NCBI GenBank assembly: GCA_964057225.1
Contig: OZ059899.1
Coordinates: 7,378,001 to 7,442,000 of the forward strand
DNA: 64,000 bases
Source of the DNA: Auanema rhodensis
Lineage: Eukaryota > Animalia > Nematoda
Direction of reading: 5' to 3'
The notes beneath the pieces were generated by a model that had not been told where the DNA came from, did no database searches, and was given only the letters and a program-made list of their open reading frames with translations. How positions within the stretch are numbered: the stretch's first letter is position 1; the number at the start of each line of letters is the position of its first letter. The position numbers and the translations under genes are program-made. This document shows, in pieces, positions 52,601-64,000 of this stretch.

Positions 52601-55543
52601 GGTTCATATGAGCATCAGAGACTTGTTGAGAAACTTGATTAACAATCATGAAGTTTGTTCTTCCAATTCCAGCCTGAGTAAATATTCTCCCATTACATTT
52701 ATATTAATTCAATAATACCTTGATAAGAAGATCAATAGATTTCATAGCACCTTCTTTAGTTTCAACGACGTGAGAACTCAATTGTGGAACAGTAGTAGAG
52801 ATAGCAGCATCATACATAGGGTCAATTGCTCCAAGATCTCCCTAAAATACGGAAGCAGCTGGAAACAAACATCAGAAAAACTACAAACCAATCTTCCATA
52901 GTAGCCTTGAAGCTCTCCATCGTCTTGGCATTTCTGTAGATATTTGATAGTACGATTACCCTCTCCCTTTGAATTTAAGAAATTGGATTCTTCAGCTACT
53001 TTGCTACGTAAAGCATGAACCTAAAGTCTTATGAATGAAAGAAAATAATACATTTCAGTTTTAACCTCAGCGTTAAGCATATCAAGTTCCGACTTAATAA
53101 CAGGAACTTTTTTACGTTGTTCTGACAGTTCTTTTTCTTTTGCAGGCAACAGAGTTTTCGATTCCGTTAATTCTCTGTATTTTTTATGAGTAGGAACTGA
53201 TAATGGAATAACTTACTTATTCTTTTCTTCATAAGCTACTTTATTGTTTTCAAGTTGATGTTTTATGTCATTAATTCGCTTTCTTATCTTTTCATCCTCT
53301 GATATCAATAGATCATACTCTTGCTTCGCAATAGCAGCCTTAATATAACTTAATTAATAATCATGTCGAAAAAGCTAACTCTGCTGCTAATATCATCTAC
53401 AGTCTTTTGACGTTTACCAAACTCTTCTTCAATTCTTTGCTTTTCTTCACGAATTGGGGCGCTTTTCTTTTCGAAATTAGGACGGTTATTGTCAGCCTAT
53501 ATATAAATGATCATTGTCATTATTAAGTATATAGTAACATACCAACTCTTCGTTTTCCTTTACTGTCTCCTCCAGTTCAGCCAATGAGCCTTCTAATCTC
53601 TCGATATCTTTGCCAGCTTTTTCGGGAATTTCGTTGATTTCTTTAAGCTATAGTATATTGATAATTAAATATAAAGATAAAATGAGATCAAACCGTGGCT
53701 TTTTCTTTCGTTGAAGAATTTTGAAGAGTTTTAATATCCTTATTAACACGTGTTAGGTCAATTTTTCGTCTTGCTTCTTTAGCTTCTAAATCGGATAAAA
53801 CGGATTGGACTTTCTCCAATTGCTTCTGTAACGCATTCCTTTCCCTGAAAAAAACAGCTTGAAAATTTTCAACCTTACTCCTATTTACTTTTCAACAACA
53901 TTGACTTCTTTTTCCGAATTTTTTCTATCTTCTAACAATTTGTTAAGCTTCTCTTCAATTTCAGCTTTTTCTTCAAGCAAGCCTTTTATGGTATCATTTC
54001 GCGTACCCAACTCGGATTGGAATTTATGTCTGTAATATATAAAAAAATTAAAATTCAGGTATGGTGTTCTTACAATTTTATGTAAAAAAGCTTATTTTTT
54101 AATAAAGCAATGTTATTTTCTGTTCGTAAAAAAGTTATCATTTGACTAACAGGCCCTTGCAAATTCTGGACATCTTTATCAGCCATTTTAACCCTAAAAT
54201 GATATTTAATAATAAAAAAAAATAAACAAGTTACGTTTGGGTTTGTTGGGATCTTAGAGTTGATAAATCTTCCAATTTTTTAGTAAGTTTTTCAATTGGC
54301 TCCTAGTAAAAAGCTTGTATTACAAAATAGTATTAATAGAAAAACCTTAAATCTACTAGAACCAATAATATCTTCCAGATACTCGAGCATACCTTCCTGG
54401 TTAGGATTAGTTGCTTTAGGCTGCATCATAGCAATTTGCTCTACTTCTCCCTGAAACCGAATATTTCAAATATTATGAAAACTGTACTCACTTGAAGAAT
54501 TAAAAAACGATTATGTACAAGATCTATGCCAACTTCACGCAGTTTTTTGACGACATCTTTGATAGAGCGAGTCTAGAAATAAAATAAGTTGAAAATTAAA
54601 ATAAAGTATTTTTACTTTTCCATCAATTGTGTATTTACTGGTGTTATCGTCATATGCAGTTCTAGCTACAGTAAAGACAGAGTTAGGTACAATTTCAAAT
54701 TCACCGTTATGCTTAAAGAAATAAAAAATTATTAAGTAACAATCAAGAAGAAACTTACTAAGTCTGTAATTTTTTGAAATGATACTTCAACGGTACAAAA
54801 TCTCGGACGTTCTTTTCCGGAAGAATTATGAATGAGATCACCCAAACGTTTCAATCTAATCTTATTTGCCTATGAATAAAATTATTTCTAACAACAATCT
54901 TTGAATCTGCTTACTCTGAATCCAAAAACGAAAAGTAAAGAATCAATTACATTGCTTTTTCCGGAACCGTTTGGACCAATAATTGCAGAAAAATTCTGAA
55001 TTGAACATAAATGAATTAATATTAATTAAGAGGAAAAAACCTTATGGAAGGGACCAATTCTTTGAGTTCCATAGTACGATTTAAAATTAGTTGCTACTAT
55101 TTCCCTAATCATCAAACGAGATCCGGAACCATCAGCACTCATACAGGGTTCAGGTTTTGGCGGAATTTCCTAACATAACTTTGTGTTATAACATCAAATT
55201 TATCATAAAGCAAACCATATTAAGAAGATCTTCATCATTACATTGAAATCTGAATTCATCACCTAATTCAGCATCAGAGCTATTATCTGCTGGAGCTGCA
55301 GCAGTGGACGGTCCAGGTTCAGGGCCATCCTACAATATATAACTATAGATAAAAAAATACATATAATACGACACCTTTCTCTCTTTTTTGGCAGGAACTT
55401 TTTTCTTAATTGGAGACTTTTTTCTTTTCTTTGAGCCCAACTCTTTATCTAAACCCAAGGATTCAAATGGCAATATATAAATGCTAACCAAAAGATTCGT
55501 CCTCACTAGATTCACTTATATGAGCAGCTTTTCCTCTCGTCAT
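49675..55543 (-). CDS. smc-4: Condensin subunit SMC4 (highly intron-dense)
   Basis: RLMIREIVATNFKSYYG..IGPFHK|NFSAIIGPNGSGKSNVIDSLLFVFG, HNRFLILQ|GEVEQIAMM, EGMLEYLEDIIGSSR, hinge GYYGRL|GDLGAID, LIDSMDPFSEG, VRPPKKSWKNIENLSGGEKTLSSLALVFALHHY|RPTPLYVMDEIDAALDFRNVSI. Confidence 0.93.
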
Positions 55544-55650
55544 TTTCTTAAATAATATAATTGTGTTAAGCAACTTTTAAAGTATATAAATTAAGCAACA
55601 TGTGAAATTAATGGATATGCTATAACCAAGCAACCAGTTTAAATTACAAA

Positions 55651-55684
55651 CTCGCGCCATTACTACCGTAATCGAAAAGGGGCA
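55651..55684. promoter_or_regulatory. smc-4 promoter: E2F/DREAM-like TCGCGCC followed by TACCGTA..AAAGGGGCA
   Basis: CTCGCGCCATTACTACCGTAATCGAAAAGGGGCA lies ~110-140 bp upstream of the smc-4 ATG and forms a GC-rich island in AT-rich flanks. Confidence 0.5.
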
Positions 55685-56895
55685 CCACATAGTCAGAATG
55701 AATGAAGAAAAATTATATACAATTGCTAAACAGAGCCATATAGTTTCCTTTATCGAATAAGAATTGAAAACAATTAAAGCTATTGTATTATGTATGAGTT
55801 TTGTATATGTTTCGTATAATTTAAAGAAGCATTCATTAGCATTTGGGTGTAAATATATAATATTTTACGAACAAATTAATAGGGATCGAAGTTTTCTTAG
55901 AGTTATAAACTTAGTTTTGAACGTATTCAAGACAATCTGATGCTTCATAGTGTATCCTTTTGACGTGGAAGGTAAAATGGAATTTTACAACATGATTAAT
56001 CTTATTTATTATCATGTGTTGAGCTAGTTATATTTATAACTTTGCAAACGTTCTTAGTTTAGTTAACTTGACATAAATGTTATTGTACAGAATTCTGTAT
56101 ACAGTTTTTTCATTGATAAATGACAAAATTTAATATTTATACATTCATTTGAACTTTCATTAAATTATTTGTTTTATTTTAGGTTGAATAACAATGTAGT
56201 CGCAGGCCCGGCAAGTACATATTAAAATGAATATTCAATAGCTGAAAAAAACGTGAAATTGTATTGTTCTTTTGGCTTCGATGTAAATTCAAGAATATAA
56301 AAACGTGTTCATTTGTTGTATTTCAACGTTTGGCTTTCTTATGGACTTATTCTCTTCAAATAACGACTTTCTATTTGTCCAAACATATCATTCCTGTCTC
56401 CGAATACATATCCTCATCGTCTATTGATTGTTATACAGTTCGTTTTATACGTTTTTTGTACCATTTTCATGATATTTTTCATATGGATAATGTTAATTTC
56501 AAACATTTTCATGTAAAGCCACCCTCATATTGCCTTTTTTGAATTTGCACAGTGTTATATCTAGTTTTGTGAATCAGGTTGAACTATATAATTGCCTTGT
56601 TTGATAATCGCTATAGAAACGGAAAACTGCTTTCTGTATCCTATCAACTGTTTTAGCATATTTTCTAAAGATCAACAATCCATTTCGAGCTTTGTTTTAT
56701 AAAAAAACAGTTTTATTTAAAATTTAAGCTATTGTTTATACTTCTTGAGTAATATTTTGTTTTATAAACATGAATAAAATTTGATTATTTTATAAAACTG
56801 TAAATATAGTTTTTTGTGCTTTGAATGTTAAAAATATCATTTTCTTGTTTTTTATATTAAAAATATACCTTTAGGTTTTAGATGAATTCTCCAGC

Positions 56896-57458
56896 ATGGC
56901 TGTAACAACTTCGGAATCACTTCATGTTTTTCTTAGCCTTTTCTGCTTATTTTCATCAGCGAATTCTATATTAGTTCAAAGTGTTGGAGTTCGTGGTCGC
57001 CTTATGTGTGGAACTCAGCCAGTTTACAACGCTACTGTTCAAATTGTAGAACAACCTTTTTTCAGTAAGAAATATTCAAACTGCTTAATTTTTGAATTGG
57101 GTTGCCCAATTTTCAGGATCTGAAAAACTTTTAGCTACAGTTACAACTGATCGACAGGGTAATTTTAAATTGTCCGGAACAAGTACTGGAATACTGAACG
57201 TAAATGTCAATTTTAATGTTATTCATGACTGTGATGATGAAGTTCGGGTAAGTTACCTCCTTGAAAAAAAACTTTATAAGCTTAAATGATTAAATAAGAA
57301 AACTAGAACTTATAAAATACTTTCAGCCTTGTTTCCGAAAAGTTACCCTAGGTATTCCACCAACAGCAGTTACCAGATCACAAGTTGTAGAAAAGTATTT
57401 TGAAGCTGGAAGTATGAATATGGCTTTTCGCTATCCAATTGAGAAACGAGTCTGTTAA
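56896..57458 (+). CDS. Nematode transthyretin-like (TTR-52/DUF290 family) secreted protein (3 exons)
   Basis: Signal peptide, QSVGVRGRLMCG, TDRQGNFKLSG, IHDCDD..PCFRKVTLGIP, FEAGSMNM..EKRVC*. Confidence 0.9.
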
Positions 57459-59137
57459 AATTCCTTATACAATGTATATTTTCTGTTAAAATTAGTAGAA
57501 TTGTTGCAAGAAAATTAAATGTTCAATAGAATGAAATAAATGAAAAAAAATTTTGCAGAACAGACAATTTTTCTAAACAGTTGTCTTTACTGAGCAATCT
57601 ATCGATTTAAACGTTCTATGGGGTAAACCAAAGGTTTTGACGCGGATCACACAAATGAAACATCGGAACAATCAATGAGTCGAATTTTGAACATAAACTA
57701 ATGCAGAGAAGAGAAAATGAAGTGAGAGATATAAAAATAGAAAAGATATTTCCTCTAAAAAGCTTTTTCTTGCTATCAAATGCACTTGTATATCGGCACG
57801 TACACGACCAGGTGGTCAGAATTTTGAACTCACACAACACCAAAATTTTCATTTTTTTTCTACCATCTCAATGTGTTGAATAAATATAATTTATTTTTAT
57901 TTTGATATAATTGTTTTTAAAATAAAAAATTCATCTTTCGATATTTTAAATTTTAGTTGAGATTAAAATCTTTCGTTGTGAGAAGAATGAGTTTTTTAAC
58001 TTCAGCTCAACCCAATTCATATACAACTTTTTGATAATATTTATATGTTTATATGTGATAAATTTTTGTAATTTCTATTTCATAGTCTTATCAGAACTGT
58101 TTTTATTATCTACATAATAATATAAAAAATTTTTTATAATAGATAAGCTGAAAAAGGCTTGAATTTCCTTGAAGAATCATATTATCACATTACAAGTTTT
58201 AAATTAAAAAACAAGATTTAATATTATTTTTATCATTTTATCAAATTTTCAGTTTAATTAGCACGTTGTTCTTTTACCTTTTTTTCGCTTTTGTACCTAG
58301 TTTATCAATTTTTTAAGACTACACCACGCCATCTCGCTTTTTTAAGGTCGTTCAACGTTGTCATACCTTTTCATGGAAACTTACCCTCCCCCTCTCTTTT
58401 TCTTTTTGTTCTTTCATTTCCAATCTTTTTATCTTCTCCTCCCCCCATCAACATCACATCTTCTCGCACATTGCTTTTTAACTTGAAAACTCTATCTTTG
58501 TCTTTTGTGATAACAGTAACAAGACAAGAAGGCAGACAACACATTGTGTTCGTTCTGCGGCCAACTATACTACTCTACTTTCCAATCTTTATTTATAATA
58601 TATACAAAAAATATTTCATATATATAAATAGTTAAATTATTCGTTAATATTCAAAATCTAATAGTATTTATGTCATAAACACATATTTATTCATTTATTG
58701 TTTCTTTTCATTTTCACTAATTGCTAAATGATTTCATCTTTCTTTGATTGTATGAACCAAATATCGATTTGAAGAACTAGTACATGTTTATACCTATCTT
58801 GAGTATAACATAAAAGTAAAAAAAGATTCATTTCCAACTTCTACTTTTACTTTTTCTATTTTTGTCAAAGATTTTGAAGAATGATTGTTTACGTATTTTG
58901 TAGTTAATACTTGAAATTTATATGTTCAACTAAGAGCAATCATGCCATATTGCTAATAGTAGATAGATTGATAGATCTTTTTTTCGGTTTTTATTTTTTT
59001 TTCTTATTTAATCGTATTTCTTATGTTGATTTTGCACCACTTGTCACTTATATTTTCCTGATATTTTTTCTGTATATCAACTTGTTAAATATAATCATTG
59101 AAACTATAGTATTTCACTTAAGTTTATTGTTTTAGCC

Positions 59138-60378
59138 ATGTCTGACAGCCAACAATATGGAATCGCTACTGATTCTATGACCTTGCAACGTTTTGTACTC
59201 CAAGAGCAAAAAAACCACCCAGAAGCTACTGGTGATTTCTCTGCCCTTCTTACTTCCCTTCTTACTGCAGTTAAGGCTATTGCCAGCGCAACTCAAAAAG
59301 CAGGTTTAGCTAAACTGTTAGTTAAACTTTCATTAAAAATTAATTTTGTTACTGTTCAGCTATGGTATTGCTGGAAACACCAATGTTCAAGGAGAAGAAG
59401 TCAAGAAGCTTGATGTTCTCTCTAACGAACTGATGATCAATATGCTTAAATCTAGTTATACAACTTGCTTATTAGTTTCGGAGGAAAATGATGAACTTAT
59501 TAAGGTATATTGTAATGTATGAAACAAGTTATGTTTGTTTTCAAGGTTGATGAGAAATATCGTGGTAACTATATTGTAACTTTCGATCCTCTTGATGGTT
59601 CTTCTAACATCGATTGTCTTGTTTCTATTGGAACCATTTTCGGTATCTATAGAAAGGTTAGTGTTTTCTTAATTGGTTTTGTCTTTTACTTTTATATCTT
59701 AGATAAACAATGAACCAACTCTTGATGACGTTCTTCGTCCAGGACGTGAAATGGTTGCAGCTGGTTATGCCCTTTATGGATCTGCTTGTATGGTTGTCCT
59801 TTCTACTGGAAATGGAGTTAATGGATTCACCCTTGATCCCGTAAACTTTAAAAGATATTGATTATTTTATAATTTATTTATTCAAGTCAATCGGAGAATT
59901 CATTCTTACTCATCCTAACATGAAATGCAAATCTAAGGGATCTATCTATTCTCTTAATGAAGGTTATGCTAAGACCTGGAGTAAAGGATTAGCTGAATAC
60001 ATCCGTACCAGAAAGGAGCCTGAGGCAGGAAAGAAAGTGATGGGACAACGTTATGTTGGTTCCATGGTTGCTGATGTTCATCGTACTTTATTGAATGGAG
60101 GAATCTTCCTTTACCCACCAACTGCTTCTGCACCTAATGGAAAGCTTCGTCTTCTATACGAATGCAATCCAATGGCTTTCATCATGGAACAAGCAGGAGG
60201 ATTAGCAACAACCGGAAAAGAATCAATTCTTGATATTCAGCCCACTGCGGTATAATTTCTAATAATAGCAAAAAAAAGTCATATTAACGTTTAGATTCAT
60301 CAAAGAGCTCCTATCATTCTTGGTTCAAAGGATGATGTTGAAGAGTGCCTTGAATATCTCAAGAAATATGATAATTAA
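59138..60378 (+). CDS. fbp-1: Fructose-1,6-bisphosphatase (6 exons)
   Basis: [92 protein letters not shown]. Confidence 0.97.
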
Positions 60379-60552
60379 TAATTTTACCATAACAGATTTC
60401 TATTAAAGATTATTTGAAATTAGTTCTGAATGATAACGTACGTCTCTCAACTCAAAAACTTTCCATTTTTTTGCTTGTGTCGTTCACTATAGTATCGAAA
60501 ACTTAAAAGTTTATGTAAAAATAATAATAAAAGTATATTTTTTTAAATTTTG

Positions 60553-63500
60553 TTATGTTTGATTGATTGAGCTGAACGTGTAGTTTCTAGCGAAGTGGAT
60601 GTATGTTGGAACTTTGATGCAGTTGATCTTGCTATCACCAACTAGAAAGATCATTCTAGTGTGTTGTATTTTTGAACATGATACTACCTTCTTTTTTCTT
60701 CCCTTTGCGTGTCTCAATGAGATATTACTGTACTCTTCTAATATATCAAATGTTTGACCATTAAGTTTTTGAATAAGTACTAAGCCAGTCTAAATTAATT
60801 AATTTGGAAGTTGTTTCTTTTAAACTGTAAATTAACAAACAGTTTTATCGTCAACCGGTTTTACTCCTATTATACATGGACCTTTAATGTAGCAATCTTT
60901 TGTAAGACTATTCTCATTCGATATTGCCGTTAATTCCGTCCAACATCTGAAAAGGAAAAGAATTTAAATAATTAATTATTTCAATGAGAATAATTTTGAG
61001 TAATTAAAGGATCATCTGCTCAACAGATCTTCTCCGCTACCTGTTATCAATTTTAAGGAAAAGAATTGAAAACGAAGGACAGAGGAAAATATTTTGTATC
61101 AAATGAAGAATTATATTTACCCAATAATAGCTATATGTCCGTTTTGTATTTCAATATTTTTTGGTTCTTCAATTATTTGACTACAAGCAAGTATAAATGA
61201 TGTTTCATTATCAATATCCTTATCCTTAGTTGTAACACTTCTATATAAATAAGAATATGTTAGATATTATCTTCTTCATAAGACTTACACATTGAAATGA
61301 CGTATTTCATTTGATAGTCCACCAAGTTGAATGACTTGGGCAACACTTTGAGCTATTGTTTCATCAATGTTTAATAAATCAAACAAGGTTTGACTGTTGA
61401 TTTCAACTAATTCACATTCAGTAGTAGTTTCGTATCTAATAAATATTAAATTATTTTCATAATTACAGGTTTAACTAACCTTCGTTTTGGAAACATAAAA
61501 GGAAAGAGATTTGATTTATCCATGCCTTGAAGAAGTATATTCCTCTCTCCAATAAAATTTCCTTGTGAAATATAAAACTCATGCAATTTGGAAGAACGAG
61601 TAGGAAGCCACTCTGACACTCTTGATAAAAATTTATATAAAGTTTTAATAGTACAACATAACTAACTTAACCATGCCTTTTTGAATATAGAACATTTTAT
61701 TTCCATATGTTTTAATAGTTTGCTGAGATCTGCATACGGTCGTCTGAAAGTTTAAAGCTTTCTTCAAAATCATCAATTTATGAATTTACTTGTGCATAGC
61801 TCAAAATTGCAAGTATGAAGTCAATTACATCCTTACGGTTTTTTTCAGATAATTGTCGAATCCATTCGATTACTTCTAAATTCTCTCTATAAACAATAAT
61901 ACTTAAAAAATGAAAAAGAAGGGGAATCTAGAAAATAAGATGGTTTAGTTTAACAAAAAATCCTCTTTAAATAAATTATTTCAAATGATACTTGAGGTGT
62001 GATTCAGGTACAACTAGAAGATCATCTACTTTTTCTCTCATATGTGATACAACATTAGTCCATGTTTCTTCAACTTCTGGTGGGAAATATCCTTCACTAT
62101 ATGTTTTATATAAAATTGAATTAAAATATTTTTGAAATCAGCTTACATTTTCATATCATTTAATAAACTTTTTAGTGTAAATGACATCATCCTTACGGTT
62201 TGTCTTGTCTTAATCACAGGTATTACGCTAAAACCATCGTTGTTTTCTTTGAAATATAATCTTACAAAACTATTTATTATCTGTAAAATGTATAATATTA
62301 TATTAAATTTTAAAAAAAATTAAACTATACACTAGTTAGTTTTTCAATTTCTCTTGTAACAGTTCTATAAGCTTCTTCACTATATAAATCTGGAGATATA
62401 TGAGTTTCTTTTAACATAATATTAAAGAAATGTAAAACAGCCATACGAACACGATCATATGTTAACTAAATTATTATTTTATTTTTATTATAATCATTTT
62501 AAAAAAACCTTTCTTTTTACTTGAGACTCTCTTAAAGTTATAATTGTAAGAGGTATGGCTCGTATTAATCGGAATGCACTACATGTTACTAATGAACCAA
62601 TGAAAATATTGAAAACAATAGAACAAAAAACTAAAATATTACAAGAAAAAAAGATTTAAATAATTAAATATTTTCAAACTCACGATCTTGCTGTATATCA
62701 TTATTTACACATTTTCCACCATCTATCATAAGAAAAACAGATATAAAAGCAATTGACATCAATATTGGAACAATTGAAGCAGGAACAATACCCTTTATAA
62801 TAAACTAAAATATTTAAAATTTTAATTTTATATACCAAATAATAGCTTCCATATCTTTTATTCTTATATGATTGATGTACTATATATATCATTTCAACTA
62901 ATGATGTAATCCATAATATCCAAAAATTAGCCAAATATATTGCTGCGGATGGAATTGGCTGAAATTTTAAAAACAATATGAAATTAATATAAACCTTAAT
63001 GATACTGTTATATAATAAGTCCATAGTATCATTACAGTAAATCCACATATGATAAATGTATGAAGAATCCACCATCTAACAATATATAAAATAAAATAAT
63101 TAAGATTCTATAGAAACATTTCTATTTTTCTATTTTTAATCCTTTCAATCGGTTTCATTTCACTGAATAATCGATGTTTTCCTATTGTACAAAATCTAAG
63201 AAATTCAGTACAAGAATATCGTTCAAGGCAACGCTGTGATATCATATAATAAAATATAAATTATGCTAATTGATAATCATACTTACATACAGTACTTCAA
63301 CAACTCCACTAATCCATTTTGTAAACAATGATGGTTCCATTATTGATAATTGATCTTAATTATAATAATAATATTAATTTTATAATGAATAATACCATAT
63401 ACCTTCAATATGGGATGGAATAATATCACCCTCATCGATTCCATGTTCAAGAACTGCTGTCAGTATATGCATAGTTTTACCGGACACAGCACCTTGTTGC

Positions 63501-63989
63501 CAATAGTCATATGCCTAAATCAAAATTTTTAAAGATTTAAATTGATAATTAAAATTACTCGAGCCAATAGCTTTCCATATAAAGCTGTTTTTGCATTCAT
63601 AGCATCAACTTGTTTCATCTGTATGGCATCAGCTACTACCGAATCCAACCATGAATTCGAATCTGAATCACGTTCATGCATCAACTATAAGATTCATAGA
63701 TTATATAAATAATATAATAAATCTTACATTCTTTTTTTCAATACGCTTAAAACAGTTGAGAATTTCTTTTTCAGCTACAACCCAATTGGTTCCAATGTGA
63801 TGAGCACAATTTTTTCTTTTCATATTGTGAAGTTTTTTAAAAAACTTCAAGAAAAATATAATATTATACATAATAATATAAATTACTTCTTTTTCTATAT
63901 GATTATTTATTCTTGAACATGTTTCCATTACATATCTTGAACGTTTTGTTGTTCCTTCTCTTGCTACTATAAGACGATAGGTAACTCCC
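60553..63989 (-). CDS. SLC9C/sNHE (SOS1-related) Na+/H+ exchanger-like protein, C-terminal part (transport domain expected beyond window end)
   Basis: Spliced translation in order: GVTYRLIV (end of last TM), HIGTNWVVAEKEI, NAKTALYGKLLAR|AYDYWQQGAVSGKTMHILTAVLEHGIDEG, four hydrophobic helices ending SAFRLIRAIP, LTYDRVR, IKTRQTVRMMSFTLKSLLNDMK|SEGYF, CNBD-like MFYIQKGMV|KV..GNFIGERNILL..YETTTECEL, beta-roll-like HIAIIG..YIKGPCII. Confidence 0.7.
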
Positions 63990-64000
63990 TGAAAAATAAT

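Noticed and set aside
61000-61041. Exon-like GC-richer segment in a long intron of the SLC9C-like gene
   Set aside because: It gives an immediate in-frame stop and has no clear donor; skipping it keeps the frame.

Overview
Very AT-rich, intron-dense eukaryotic DNA with typical introns of about 45 nt and TTTCAG-type acceptors. The proteins are closest to Caenorhabditis-like (clade V rhabditid) nematode proteins; the species cannot be determined from this window. I assembled exons by hand into 18 spliced genes, in order: adm-4/ADAM17 (-, runs off the left end), vha-15 (+), rpl-11 (-), HMG-CoA lyase (+), rpl-5 (-), a tail-anchored Schlafen/AlbA_2-domain gene (+), ggtb-1 (+), lin-32 (+), an EGF-repeat membrane protein (-), two tandem cah-4-like carbonic anhydrases (-), a HAD phosphatase (-), a carboxylesterase (-), an N-myristoylated globin (-), a secreted His/Gly/Tyr-rich protein (-), smc-4 (-), a transthyretin-like gene (+) and fbp-1 (+). 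A 19th, partial gene (-) runs off the right end. Three observations stand out. (1) Three diverged U17/snR30-type H/ACA snoRNAs fill the only long introns of rpl-11 (two copies) and rpl-5 (one copy), the two 5S-RNP protein genes, and two of them end within a few nt of the 3' splice site. (2) The right-hand gene has the cytosolic architecture of SLC9C/sNHE (helical domain, degenerate voltage sensor, CNBD, beta-roll), a family generally considered absent from nematodes. (3) The Schlafen gene resembles the SLFL-3/4 subunits of the PUCH piRNA nuclease. All homology calls come from motif recognition from memory; no searches were run.
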